A stretch of 64,000 bases of DNA from Lingula anatina (GCA_051362555.1 CM120640.1:66628788-66692787), one strand, 5' to 3'; positions 46,601-61,765 are shown, counted from the first letter of the stretch. Numbers and translations: made by a program. The notes: generated by a model not told the origin, from the letters alone.

Positions 46601-49600
46601 AAAAAAAAAAAAAAAAAAAAAAAGAGTTTGCCACAGAGCAGCTGGTAAGTTTATTTGTAGTTAGAGGAATATTATTTTCATATTTTATATTTGTTATTAA
46701 TTGAGAAATAAGTAAAATTAGCACAAATCAGTTTTAAATAAAGCTTGTTTGCATCTCAAGTGAATTTATTTTTGATTTGATATTGGTAAATCACTGACAA
46801 ATTTCTGAGACTATTGGAGATCTTTGTTGACTTTACTTCACTTATTTTATAATTTCAAGTGAAGAAAATTGTAAGTTTTTTGTTTTGGTCAAATAATGAA
46901 TCTTTTTTATACCAGCTTAAATTGTGTTAGTCCTCTCATTACTTTTGAAGGTAAGATAAAATTTTCATAAACTATTGAAAAAAATTTATATTGGCTCTAG
47001 CCAAGTGAGAAGGATACATGATTCACTCAATAGATATGATTGATGTCCTTACATACATGATGACACAGATATTTGTACAGCATTCATTATTTGGATTTTG
47101 CATAATGACAGACATTGGTATACAACAGTTATATATCTGAAACCATCCTTGAAATTTGTGACTGTAAGGTAAGTCTGAAAATAGTTGAAAGCCCTCTGCT
47201 TTCAGTAAGTTAGATCCCTAGTAACAGTGTTTATGTAGGGGGTTTAATTTTGATTTGTGCATTTAAACATCACTGATTTCCAAAAGTACTGGAAGTATTC
47301 TATTTGATGATTTCCCCTTTCCTATTGCAAACTTGTGACAAAAATTTTATTTATCAGTTAAAAGAGAGATTTTGAGTTATCAGAGGTGAAAAAGACGCCA
47401 TAGTGGCAGTGAGCAACATCAACAGGTAAGAGAAAAAAAGGAGATGTTCAGGTTCGTTGCTAACCAAACCTTATAGGAAATCTACCAGCAAACAACTGGA
47501 TCAAATAACATGTGTTTTGTGGAAAACCACTGTCATGCTAATGTCATTCTGTATTATTCAATTTTTTGAATGAAACCCATAGAAATTTGAAGATAATCAC
47601 ATGCAGCTCTATAGCACCAGTATTTTGTGAGGTGATGTTGACAACCTCACTGTTAGAGGAGCACTACAGATTATCAGATCAGCCTAATTAATGATGGCAT
47701 TTCAGGCAAATTGATGGCAATGTAGCAGGGACAGCCAAGTAGAAGATAAACAATGGGAAGTCAATATAGGAAGGTTTACTCAGTGGCACTGGCGTGTACC
47801 CTATGGCTGATTAATGGAGGTCTCATACATGCATTCTGGACTGCAGACTCTTACTGGAATGGACGCTATGGAGCTGAAGGGATTTCTTATACCTCAGGTG
47901 GGTTATGAGCATTATCTCAAAGAATAAAGGGGTAAACAACATGGGCCTATGTGTGACAACACAACATTGCATGATCTTGCAGTAAAATAATACAAAAGGC
48001 AGAATAAATTCATTCAAAGGTTGAAATATATTATTTCTCATTGTAGGTAAAATTGAAGGGAAAATAAAGATTAAAATAAATGTAGAATAATATAAAAAGG
48101 ATGATAATGTGTTGCATGTTTAATTTGGGACAATGCACCAAAAGTATTTTTGATGAAAATTAAACATTTGTGGAGAAAAATTAGTTTTTTATTTTACTTG
48201 TACCATTTTTTCACATCCTTGAAAAAATATACATACAAAGTATATCAGTGTGGTTCAGTAAGTGGCATAGTTTGATCTGTTATCTGTAGTCAGGGAGGTA
48301 AATATAACTTCCTAGTTTAAAGATATGTGATAGGTGATGATAAATATTTTATTGGCATGTGATAAATCAGGTGCCACCTTGAGGGTGATATTTATTACTG
48401 TGAAATAAAATCATTAGTGTCCACTTGGCCTGGTTCATGCCTTGTCCTCTGCTGGCTGGTAGATGAAATAAGGAGAACATGGGGTGGTCACTGAAATAGG
48501 GACCTGCTTCACAAATTTTAAGGACCTTGAAAAAAAAAATTGGGCAACTGCAGTTCAAGTTGAAATCACAATGCTAATAATCCAACTGAATAAAGTAAAC
48601 CATGTCTTTCTTATGAGGCAGACACAATATTCAATTAAATTGATCTACTAATTCTTGGGCTTTTACATCATTAGAAATTAAGGCAATGAGTATCCTTAAC
48701 AAGGATAAGTTGACAAGCTCCACTTTTATTGCCCATTGCCCTATAGTGTTCCTTAATAAAAAATATAGTACTTTCAAACTCTTTATTCCCTCATAGTGTA
48801 GAATTGGTTTTTAATAAAATGATTTGCTTTCACCGCAAATATTCTTTTAAATGCTTAATGTGTGGTTGTATACATAGCCCCTCAGGTGTTTGCTTAGCTA
48901 AACGTATTTGTTTGCTGTGATTAAAAAGCCTTTGTCGCATTTCTTTTTATTTAGATTGCATTGCAAGTACATAAAATACTTCCTCCAAAGAAAAAGGCTA
49001 CCTCAAAACAGTATGGCTTGTCATTATATCATGCTCTCATTGCATGTTTGTGTAGAATGAAGTAAAACCCTAATTTTTCCACCATTCTGACCTTCATGAT
49101 AATATTTCTGAAAGTTTGGGTTAAATGGAAGAGAAAATTTTTGAATTGTTTGAATTTTTAAAAAAATCATAAAATTAACTGAATGGGTTGAATCTCATGA
49201 AGAACAGAAGCAATTTAAAATATATCATTTAAGTTTGTTATTATGAATATATATGATATAGTGTGTGGTAGAAATATGGAAACATTTGTTCATTAATACA
49301 TTTCAAATGGCTTAAAATTAATGAAAAAAAAGCAGTTCTTCAAGTGCTGTGAAACAAAATCGAGCTTCATGGCTGTTCTACAGTTGTTCCTATGGAAGAT
49401 ATTCACAAGCCTGAGCAGCATCATGCTCAGATGGTAGAGATTATCCTGCGTTTGGCCAAACAATCCAATAAAAGGTACAGAGTTGAATCAAAACAACTGT
49501 TAATCAAATATAGAGGGCATGTTTTATTTAGTCTTACATAGAACGTAATTGTGAAGAAGAATTATAATCTTTTATCAACAAAGTGATGCATAATGACAAT

Positions 49601-50208
49601 TGGTCAGTGAAAAGGGTGGTTTAAACAGGTGAAAGAAATGTAGACCTCCTTGCCTGTATTGGGATATTCCATGACCTCAGGGCTTGAGTTTGTGGTATTA
49701 CATGATGGTCAATCAGCTTTACACAAACACCCTTTTCTTGCTGTTTGAATCCTGTTTGTGTTTTTATATAATGTCCATATTTCCACCTGATTTGTAGCCT
49801 CAAATTGAAATTAACTCAGAATGATATCATTTAAACTCACCTGTACATATGAATATATTTTATTCATGATATATGGATTGCTAAACTAGCCACTGGCCAT
49901 TTTTAGATATTTTCTTTATGTCTGGATCTAATTTGAGATTGCAGACCTTACTGCAGATTGTCCTGATGTCCACTATCACCATACAGATAAATTAAATGTA
50001 ATAATCAAACAGAGCAAGAAATACATGTGGGACATAAATTTGATAAAGTACTTTGTGAAGTTGATTGGTGGCTATATAAAAGAAATAAGCGAGATTTCAA
50101 ATTTAAACAATTGTACTGCAGTTAGAACCCTCATGAAAAATTATTAATTAAAGGGTGATGGCTTTTCTATTACAACAACATAAATGGATATTTTTACCTG
50201 AATTTCAG

Positions 50209-53200
50209 TTGACACTAGTAATGGACTATGGTCTGATGATGGCAGTTTGTATGAACCGTACTTGTACGCTTCATCAGAGTACAGTGCCACCGCCTGCTCC
50301 TGTGACTGTCAAACAGCAGATTATGTCCACTCTTGTAGTGGAGCAGTGTAAGTGGCACCACCTTCAAATTCTGAATTCTTATTTACTTTTATTGTGGCAA
50401 TAATTGTGAAAATTGATGAAAGAAGTTGAAAGATAAATGGGTATTGATGGAATTCCTTTGAGAGTGAAAAGGGAGATGAATTAGAAAAAAATATTGATGA
50501 CGCTTGTTTTTATTTTAATGCTCACTTTCAGATCACTTTCATCACAAACATTTTCCAACATATCAGCAGAAACCTTCACAGGCTCAGTATCCACACTGTA
50601 AGTGTTGACTGTTTATATGGTTGTATGTATTTATGATTTGTAGTTGTAAAATAAATAAAACCAGGGGCACGTTGTCATCTCAATGAAACTTGTCATTCAA
50701 GGTCTAACATGTATAAGTGAGAATATCCAAATTTTGTAAATCATGCCTTGTGTAGTGCAGGGATTCAAGATTAAGTCTCTTTCTGCGAATTTATGAAATT
50801 ATGTTTGAATACATTTATTGTTTTATTTTAGGACTATTTTGTCCTGCCCAAGTTTTAATTTACTTGTAAATGGATCAGCCACATTTGCTGCATTAACCTC
50901 AATGACAGAGATGTAAGTGTAATATTTTTTTATCCTACAGACAAAGGATTACTTGGTTGATATAAGGAAATTGATGAAACTGTAGTATTGGACAAACTTG
51001 CAAGCAATTTGGCAGTGACTTTGTAATGAGTGTCTTGGTTTACTCTTTAAAACTATTTTTGACTAATGTCAATTATCCTTTCAATGAAAAAACCTTTTAG
51101 TAATATGAGACTAGTATTGATTGGTTCTTAAAGTGAACAGTAAAGGATAAGCTATTTAATGCACAAATCAGTTATTTGAATAACTAAGATCAATACAAAA
51201 TATGGATTCTAAAGTGCTTATTTCAGGCATGCTTTTTCAATGGAAATGAGGAATTCCAACGTTTTTAATTAAATTAACATTTTTATTTCAATGTCTTTCA
51301 GTCTAAAAGTTTAAAGGTGTTTATCCATTTCTTTAACCAGGCGAATCCAGGTTACTGGTCTGACAAGTTTTCCTGATGTTTCCACTACAAGTCTTCAGAT
51401 CTTGTGAGTCTGTAAACCATGCAGATCTTGTCTTTTAATTTTATAAGATGTTTTAATGTTTTTCACAAAGGCAAAAAATCAGTTCCTTCAGAACCAGTGC
51501 TGTTTATCATTATGTACTTTAAGGTGCACAGTGTAGGATTTTCCTGTGAAAAACTTTTCTGGGGTAAATAAAAATTTTCTCAGACTAACCATGATGATGA
51601 TGACTATGAACCAAACTTTGATCCTACTTTCCTGACACAACTCTGTAACAATCTGGGATAATAAAAATGCCAAGCAATGATATTTGTACCACCAGCGTTA
51701 GCGCTGGCGGTACACATGGTTTCGGTCCCGTCCGGATCGCTCCGCCGGCTCCGCCGGCTCCGTTGGCTCCGCCGGCTCCGCCGGACGGCTACCGTTACCG
51801 TTTCTCCTCCTAGGCGGTAAGGCCCCCCGTACCCATCTCTTGGATTTAGGTCACCTATAATCTCAACTCGTTCCACGTAAAATTTGGGCTTTGTCGGTAT
51901 TGGGGTCTGGGTGTGGCACTCATTGAAATGCACCCTTGTCCAAAAATGGCAAAATTAAATGCTTATTATCTACCCTACGGAAGGGGTTATGGGAAAAATT
52001 TCTACAGACGGCTTTCCAAAAGTCATATGTGTAGATTTCAAATATGCCCTTGGATTTGACCTTTGACCTTTACTTCAAGGTCAAACGGGCCAAAATTTTC
52101 AAAAAAATTAAATTTTTTACGAAAAAAAATTTTTTTGCCCTGTTATTCAGACACCACACAGACTTAACCAATAATATTATTGGAAAGTGTTACCCTTCAG
52201 GTCATCCTTCATCTCCGTGAATTTGGGGTCAATCAGTGCATTTTCACCGGAGTAGCGGCCATAAGATGGCGAAACTGAAAACTGTCTCTAATTCGGGAAC
52301 CGTTAATGCTAGAGACCCATTCTTTTTTGCATTTTGTAGAGCATGTAAAGCCCAACACTGGAGGTGGTCTCCGTTTTTTTGTATTCCGTACGGTTTTCAA
52401 GTTATGCTGTATCAGAAAGTACATATTGGTGGTGAAAGCAAAATGTGCAGTACGGTAATGGATAATAAATTTTGAACTCTGGAAAAATAAAACATAAGGC
52501 TTGGCAAAGCAGACAACTTGTGGTCAAAAATGACATTATTTCATCAAATTTGAACTTCTGGAACTTCAGAGCACCTCCCATTTCAAGAATTTTGACCAAA
52601 ATGACCTTTTCTTTATTTTAATTAATTTTTGCTGTAGGAAATTTATGGTACATTAAGGTAATTCCAAAATTATAACATTTAGTCCCTTTTATCTCCAAAA
52701 CTGGCAGAGATAGGTCCATAGTTACTATTGAAGTTGAATAGGAAGTCATATACTGGCAATCTTACTGTGACCTTGAAATTGACCTTTGACCTACTTTTCA
52801 CCATGAACTGAACTTTGCAAATTTTGCTTCCCTTTTATCTCCAAAACTGGCAGAGATAGGTCCATAGTTACTATTGAAGTTGAATAGGAAGTCATATACT
52901 GGCAATCTAAATGTGACCTTGAAATTGACCTTTGACCTACTTTTCACCATGAATTGAACTTTGCAAATTTTGCTTCCCTTTTATCTCCAAAACTTGCAGA
53001 GATAGGTCCATAGTTACTATTGAAGTTGAATAGGAAGTCATATACTGGCAATCTAAATGTGACCTTGAAATTGACCTTTGACCTACTTTTCACCATGAAT
53101 TGAACTTTGCAAATTTTGCTTCCCTTTTATCTCCAAAACTGGCAGAGATAGGTCCATAGTTTCTATTGAAGTTGAATAGGAAGTCATATACTGGCAATCT

Positions 53201-56200
53201 TACTGTGACCTTGAAATTGACCTTTGACCTACTTTTCACCATGAATTGAACTTTGCAAATTTTGCTTCCCTTTTATCTCCAAAACTGGCAGAGATAGGTC
53301 CATAGTTACTATTGAAGTTAAATAGGAAGTCATATACTGGCAATCTAAATGTGACCTTGAAATTGACCTTTGACCTACTTTTCACCATAAACTGAACTTT
53401 GCAAATTTTGCTTCCCTTTTATCTCCAAAACTGGCAGAGATAGGTCCATAGTTACTATTGTATTGAATAGGAAGTCATATACCGGCAATCTTACTGTGAC
53501 CTTGAAATTGACCTTTAACCTACTTTTCACCATGAATTGAACTTTGCAAATTTTGCTTCCCTTTTATCTCCAAAACTGGCAGAGATAGGTCCATAGTTAC
53601 TATTGAAATTGAATAGGAAGTCATATACTGGCAATCTAAATGTGACCTTAAAATTGACCTTTGACCTACTTTTCACCATGAACTGAACTTTGTAAATTTT
53701 GCTTCCTTTTTATCTCCAAATTTACGCTGTATCAAAAAGTACATATTGGTGGTGAAAGCAAAATGTGCAGTACGGTAATGGATAATTAATTTTGAACTCC
53801 AGAAAAACAAAATATAAGGCTTGGCAAAGCAGGCAACTTGTGGTCAAAAATGACATTGTTTCATCAAATTAGAACATCTGGAACCTCAGAGCACCTCCCA
53901 TTTCAAGAATTTTGACCAAAATGACCTTTTCTTTATTTTGATTAATTTTTTCTGTAGGAAATTTATGGCACATTATGGTAACTCCAAAATTATAACATTT
54001 AGTCCCTTATATCTCCAAAACTGGCAGAGATAGGTCCATAGTTACTATTGAAGTTGAATAGGAAGTCATATACTGGCAATCTTACTGTGACCTTGAAATT
54101 GACCTTTGACCTACTTTTCACCATGAACTGAACTTTGCAAATTTTGCTTCCCTTTTATCTCCAAAACTGGCAGAGATAGGTCCATAGTTACTATTGAACT
54201 TGAATATGAAGTCATATACTGACAATCTAAATGTGACCTTGAAATTGACCTTTGACCTACTTTTCACCATGAACTGAACTTTGCAAATTTTGCTTCCCTT
54301 TTATCACCAAAACTGGCAGAGATAGGTCCATAGTTACTATTGAACTTGAATGGGAAGTCATATACTGGCAATCTTACTGTGACCTTGAAATTGACCTTTG
54401 ACCTACTTTTCATCACATGAACTTTGCAAATTTTGCTTCCCTTTTATCTCCAAAACTGGCAGAGATAGGTCCATAGTTACTATTGAGGTTGAATAGGAAG
54501 TCATATACTGGCCAATCTTACTGTGACCTTGAAATTGACCTTTGACCTACTTTTCACCATGAACTGAACTTTGCAAATTTTGCTTCCCTTTTATCTCCAA
54601 AACTGGCAGAGATAGGTCCATAGTTACTGTTGTATTGAATAGGAAGTCATATTGGCAATCTGAATGTGACCTTGAAATTGACCTTTGACCTACTTTTCAC
54701 CATGAACTGAACTTTGCAAATTTTGCTTCCCTTTTATCTCCAAATTTACGCTGTATCAAAAAGTACATATTTGTGGTGAAAGCAAAATGTGCAGTACGGT
54801 AATGGATAATTAATTTTGAACTCCAGAATAATAAAACATAAGGCTTGGCAAAGCAGGCAACTTGTGGTCAAAAATGACATTATTTCATCAAATTAGAACA
54901 TCTGGAACTTCAGAGCACCTCCCATTTCAAGAATTTTGACCAAAATGACCTTTTCTTTATTTTAATTAATTTTTTCTGTAGGAAATTTATGGCACATTAT
55001 GGTAACTGCAAAATTATAACATTTAGTCCCTTATATCTCCAAAACTGGCAGAGATAGGTCCATAGTTACTATTGAAGTTGAATAGAAAGTCATATACTGA
55101 CCATTTTTAATTATATTTTTTTGTATATTTTGAGAACTCCTGTTGATTGCATTTTATAGAGCTTGTCAAGCACAAGACTGGTGATGGTGTCCCTTTTTGG
55201 AGGGGGGGGTCCATACGAATGCGCTTACTCTAGCTGGTGGTACAATATCCGGAGGCGGTATCGCCTCTCTGATCCTCTAGTTTGTATTCTCTTTTGCCAC
55301 CTTTCAATTCAATTTTTACACAAACTTCTGGATTCTGTGCGATTTACTTGTAAAACTGTCAAGATGGTTGACCGGTGGCAAAGTGGTAAATTCTAGTATT
55401 TTTTTTGCAACATTAATTCTTCACTAATTAAATATAGAATATCAATAAGAATTCCTATTCCTTGGATAAATTCAACAAGAAGTGGGTTATGTACCTACTG
55501 GGTGTTTAAAATCCCACACTGTGTCACTTTAGTACTATTGGAGGAATAAGAATTGAGTAAATGTTTTTTCAAATATGTTAAATTATAATATTTCATCAGA
55601 ATGTTCTTAATTTCAACATATTTTAAATTTTTTCTCACTAGAATATTGATTTGGTGATTTCTATTTCTTTGGTGAGATATCGATTGAAATTGAGTGGGTT
55701 CTTTATTTGTAAACACTGTTTTCCTCTATTATTTTCATTAGAAATCTAGCAAACAACAAGATAACATTTTTCAAACACAATCACACCAACCAAGTATTTC
55801 CCAGTTCTCTGACTCATGTGTAAGTATAATTAAATCAATTCACACCTGTTTTACTATATTTCAAACAGCAAGATTATATCTACTTTTTTTACTGCATGCA
55901 AGTATTCATATTTTAAATATTTCATTGTACATATGATGCAGTATTAATGCGTTTGAATGATAGTTACATGTATAAATGGGGACTTTGTGCTCAACAAGGT
56001 TTTACTAGTGCTTAATGTAAGTTATTTTTTATCTACAGGGCTTTGATGAATAATGAAATATCGTGGGTGCCAGATGGACTGTTTTCCGGGAGCAACATTA
56101 GAATCCTGTAAGTAGATGATATGAAATGTGTGTGTGTGTGTGTGTGTGTGTGAGTGTGTGTGTGATAATTGGGGTATGTTTTTATCTACAAAAGTGTGTA

Positions 56201-59200
56201 TGGTTGCCTTTTTTTAAAATGTGTACATGATTGAAATTTTCATCGTCTTCTTAATACCCTTACCAACAAAATTGGCTCCCATCTACATTTGCGGGAGTAT
56301 TCTGGGGATACCCCTTTTAATCACTATATTTTATGAAATCTATTATATCTGGATTAAAATAACATCAAAAAGGCCAAGCTTTAAGAAAGGCCATAATTTG
56401 AAATGTGTTTATCTACTTTTTCTGCACCCAGGTGTACATACTGTATTTGTGCCATAACCAAAGGCCAAGATTACAGAAAATGTATGTAGAGACATTATTT
56501 GTGTTAAATATCTTGTGTTTACCTTTAAGGTTGCACCTGGGGATCTTGTGAAACGTTTTTCTTTTAATGATATAATCCAGGAAGGTTGCTTATTGTTATT
56601 CAATTACAATTACTTGTATTCTTACACATACACTAAATAAAAACACCATTATTTTCTTAACAGCTACCTTTTAGTAGATTTGTCATCAAAACTGTAGTCA
56701 GATATGAAGTAATTTTTGAACAATGTTTAGGAAAATAATCTGATATTATTAAAGCAATAAATCATTTGGGATATATATATCAAAAGGTTTTAGAATAAGA
56801 TAGTGAAAAAGGTATCATGACTGTAGCACTGATATAGTTATACCCATAAAAAACTCACGTTGTAAATGTAAATAATAAATAAACTAACTTAGCAAAAAAA
56901 AAAAAAAAAGAGGGCGCATCAAAAAGTTTCTTCTTAAACCTTTTTTCGAAAACAAATGAAAGCAATTTTATATATTTTATACTTTTGGTACAGCTGGTCA
57001 GAATGGACCAAACCATACATGATGATGATGATGATTATGATGATGTACATTACGTAGGATAAATTTGTTGAAGACAAAATGAGACATTTCTGACTGCATG
57101 TTACATTACAAAGCACTCTGAACTTTTTGGAATCAACAGGTCAATTATGAAGGATGTCCCTGATACAAAAATTAACTGTGATCAACTGAGTTCAGTTGCA
57201 TGCATCACTGGAGTCACCTCTCAATGCTATTTCTATGAAAGTGCTCATGCATTGAGGAATGAGACAACAATACACATTTTCCATGTATCCCTGCATCTTA
57301 ATTTTACCTTACTGATCATACTCCAGAAGGGAGAAAAGCAAGCGCACTGCCAGGGTAAACTGTTTGCATAGTCAACAGATTAATATGAAGAGTGGTGGTG
57401 AAATCATTGTGTTATGCCTTAGAGTGTAATGTATGACCACTTGTCTGGGGGAATAAGCTGTAAAGCAATTTGTGTTTAATGTGCAAACAGGGGATGGAAA
57501 CGAGTTTGCTTATGTCATTTCAACACAATGGGTGCTTTTTAAAGACTTAACTGTACACAATATCTCTTGGTTTGTTTATCTATGATGAAGTGGGTCATGT
57601 TGTTCAGCTTGATTTTACAATATATATTGATTACAATTAGATTACAATGTCAAATGGTTAATTCAAGAAACAATTTTTTGTTTGTTTTATTAAAGAAGCC
57701 TGAGTGGGAATCAGATCCGTTCCTTTCCGAGTTCTGCATTTCATAATATGGCCAACTTGGAATATTTGTAAGTTTTCTTTATTCATTGAAGTGTTTTTTT
57801 TTTTCTTATATGATTTAAACTCTTCAACATTACCAAACAGATTACTTTTAAACTTTTAATTAAATAACTCTTATTGAAAGTACTTAAACAACTGACATTC
57901 GAAAGAAGAGTTGGAATTTAAACCATTGCTTTAAAAGTGATTTAAGTGGCATTAATGGATATGTAACAAAATTGTATTAATCTTTGTACAGAAAATGAAT
58001 GAAAAACCTAGCATATTTTTACCAGATTAATGTGAAGAATGGTGGTGAAATCACTATGTTATGTCTGACCGTGTTATTACTGGTATTTTCTAGAGGCTTG
58101 GATGGAAATTTACTCACATCTATCTCCACCTGGCATTTAACACCCTTGGCAACCAGTAACTTGAAACACCTGTAAGTATACTATAGTCTATAAGGAACTA
58201 TTATAAACTGGTAGCTTGGGGGGGTTTAGGCAAGACATTTGCTTTAGCAAACAGAAAAAATATTTGTCACGATGCCCTTAAGATCATAAGTACCATGCTT
58301 ACTTTGAAATGTAAAGTATAGGTATGGATTGGATCATATTTCATATAAAATTTCTTAAAAGTTGTATTCTTATGTAATTTTACTGCATATATGTATGGCT
58401 TTGCAGTATATTATAATACTTAAATACTTTTAGGAATATAAGTAATAACCAGCTGAATAGTATTGGACAAAATGCTCTGGCACAACTCCCAGAACTAAGA
58501 ATTTTGTAAGTAAAGATATAGTGGTTTATCTAATTGTGCTTGCCCACTGACATGCAGGCAAAAAGGTACATTACTGTCATAGTGCTCATAAATTGTATCC
58601 CCATTATAGGACACATTTGCTAAGCACTGGCAAGCAGTATTTATATCAGTTAAGTTTTTTAAGTACAATAAAAACACTAAGACTCAATCTGCAAGTATCC
58701 CATTTTCTTTTAAATTTTCTTTTATGTCATATATTATTGTCTTAATTAAAATTTTAGGGAGGTTCACCAAAATGAATTTGTATCATTACCATGGAAGTCA
58801 TTCCATAACATACCAAAGCTGGTGCATTTGTAAGTATATTGGAGTAAAGATCCAATTCTCAGATATATAAAACCCTAAATGCAAGTGTGACACAATGATT
58901 TTATGTTTTTAACAGAGTTTCTGTTTTGTAGGTGGAAAATCAATTATTACAGTATTTGACCCATTTTGACCACAACTGTATAAATATATAATTGAGATTG
59001 ACACGGAAAATGATGTTTTCTTTATTAGGGATTTAAACAATAACAGGATTCAAACATTGAACAGCAGAGCACTGACGTCTTTGCCAAAGCTCCAGACTCT
59101 AAGACTTCACTCACAGAAAAATCCAATGACTGCTATCATGTTTGATGCTTTCGTTGGGATTGGAGCTGAACTGAGGACACTGTGAGAGACTTTTTGTTTT

Positions 59201-60165
59201 GCTTTGCTGTTAAAGTACTTGAAATGGGAAATACTCTGTGTACTTTGAAAAACGATGTTGTTACATGTTGTGCATTATAGCATGATGATGAAAAAGGCTA
59301 AGAAAGTTTCTTAGATTTAATGTAAGTCTGCTAAGTGCAAGAGTTGTTTGTTCTAGTTGGGTCAGTGACAATGCCTTGCCTAACTTTCCGCACCAAGTGT
59401 TGTCTGAGGAAGTCTATCCAATGCTGTATACTATGTAAGTCCATGATATATCTCTCTAGCAAAATCAAAATGTACTGTTTATAGATATATTATAAGTCAT
59501 GTAGCACTTTTCCCAAAATAGAAGATTTTTTTTTTTACTGATAATGCTGACAGACTTGGTGTAGTTTGAAAAATGAACCATGGTTTTACAACATTATTGA
59601 CAAATTACTGGGGGTCATAGGATAGTATATACTAATCCATTAATTATGCTTTACCCAAAAATTTTAAAAACACACAAACTTGTTTTACAGTATTTGTACA
59701 AGCAATTTTGCCGCTATAGAAAATATATCCAACATTTTCTAGCTATGCAGATCATAATTCTATAAGAGATGTCACCATCTATGGATCAGAAGGCTTCCCA
59801 TCCTACTCCCAGTCCATGTATACAGTGAAGAAAGTGGGCAAGATTCCATTCCAGAATGTTACTGCCGTCAGATCACTGTAAGGAAATAATTTGCAGTCTT
59901 TTTTTGTTCAATTTTTTACTTGCTATTGAGTTCTAGAAATAAATTCAAAATAAAATATTGACATTATGACAATTTATGTTCAAGCCACAATCTACTGTAC
60001 TGCCATCTATTTTAGATATCTTGACAGCAATTTGATTGCTCAAGTGAATGAGACAGACTTCTGTGCCATGTTCAATCTGAGCCTACTGTCCATGAACTAC
60101 AACCAGCTAACGGAGGACACCATTCATGCAAATGCCTTCCAATGCCTGCAAGATTTAAGTTATTT
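50209..60165 (+). CDS. Host leucine-rich-repeat protein gene, partial (Cys cap plus ~14 extracellular-type LRRs)
   Basis: 13 GT-AG exons with phase-2 introns, all in frame: 50209-50347, 50532-50597, 50832-50912, 51341-51403, 55742-55819, 56039-56107, 57696-57767, 58094-58171, 58758-58829, 59029-59181, 59357-59434, 59743-59877, 60016-60165. Examples: LSGNQIRSFPSSAFHNMANLEYL, DLNNNRIQTLNSRALTSLPKLQTL. Confidence 0.9.
51683..55282 (+). mobile_element. Complete HINE/Helentron-type element in an LRR-gene intron
   Basis: 5' subTIR hairpin, (CTCCGCCGG)n, core, internal array, 3' subTIR, palindrome and CTAGTT end, with T-rich flanks and no TSD. Confidence 0.85.
52405..55100 (+). repeat. 146-bp satellite array with higher-order structure
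   Basis: Units start at 52691, 52837, 52983, 53129, 53275, 53421 and ~53566 (7 units). A ~300-bp spacer follows, then 5 units from 54011, another spacer and a partial unit. Confidence 0.95.
56127..56164. repeat. (TG)n microsatellite
   Basis: Read directly from the sequence. Confidence 0.95.
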
Positions 60166-61765
60166 GTAAGTACACATACATGATTTAAGTTGAGGTTCTG
60201 TGTCCTTAAGGAAAGGTATTAAGTACCAGTCTCTGTAAGAATCAGAAAAATAACATAGGGGCATTGGAACATGACCCTCCCAGATTTTGTTTTCTTTTAA
60301 TTTATTGTGAAGAACTATGCTAAAAACTAATAAATTGAGCCCGAAAAGTTGCATATTTAAAATAATTTATTTTTTAGAGCGTTTTATATTTAAGCCTGAA
60401 ATTTTTCTCCCATATGCTTTTCTATATAAAATGTTCAGGTAACCCCATATTCACTGACAAATAACTCGTATGGCCGACGTAGTTATGTAAGATGGCTATA
60501 CAAGATGTTTACAGCATATATTCAGGTACCAAAAAATGAAATAAAATTTTTTTCAAAACACAAAATGGTTAAATTACATTAAAAACAATCAACGTTAAAA
60601 CTACGCGAAAAAGACCATCTGCGCATGCGCAGTAGCGGTGACTGCTAAACTACGAACTCATTCAGATGTAAATAAATTGAATTAAGGTTATTTATCTCAT
60701 GAAATGGATATTTTTTGGATAAATGGCACTTGTTTTCTGGATCATTTATTGCTTGGATTGTTTTTATGCTGACTGGTGTGTAGTATTTGTTTCCGCACAT
60801 CGTTTTTTTTTATATACAACATAACTAATTTTATCCAAGATGGCGGGAGCTCTGATTGCCGTCAGGGGGTGGAAACGCGCTTCTTATATGATTATGACGA
60901 GCCTAACCGTCAGCACCGGATATTAGTTTGTGACCTTGAGGGGCAATTAGGCTTGGTCTTTGCGGCACGCGCGAACAGTAGTCGATCTACCACACCTGGG
61001 TCTTTTGTTTTTGACAACTGTTCACTCGTCATGGAGGTGCTTGTTCAAGACTACAGACTACTAGTACTACCAGTGGCTTCATTAGTAACGTTCCCACAAT
61101 ACATGGTTTTCTGTCTGTGCGTACATACCCTGAATTTGGTTAGCCTCACTGACGAGAACAATGGACGTTTCTTACCCCTCTCTAGGATTACCCCTGTTGC
61201 CGTCGGTTTCGTATGTGGAAGGAGAATGCACACAGTTATTTATTTACGGCATGATATGCAATTTTTCATAAATTACCCTCAAGAAAGGACTGGTAGAACT
61301 TTATGGTCGTAAATAATCGGCACTACTAACTACGGATATCAAGAAAACTACCAGGTACATGTACCACTGTGAAAACCTCGTCTTCTCCCTCACGTGCAGT
61401 TGCCGTTAATATCCGATATAATCGACAAATAAGTAAAGCACTGTCAGTTACTATACTCTAAATTACAGTCAGTGTTAACTTTGATAAGGCTTTCTAATAA
61501 AGTTTTGATGTTCAACGTGAGTTTGTGTTTGACGGCTATTTACTGCTTGAGTATGGTCTACCTCCAATTTAAAACAGCGCCCTGTAAGGCCCGTCATGCC
61601 CTCTCAGGTACTTGAAGTCGATAACAGAACAGATTACTTGAATACTTAATATATACAGTAGAAATTGGTACTCATACAAGTGGAAGAGATTTCTAGTTCT
61701 TCACAACCAGGATTCTAAATAAAAAAACTTGTAAAATAAAATAGACATGTAAAAGATATCTGTCA

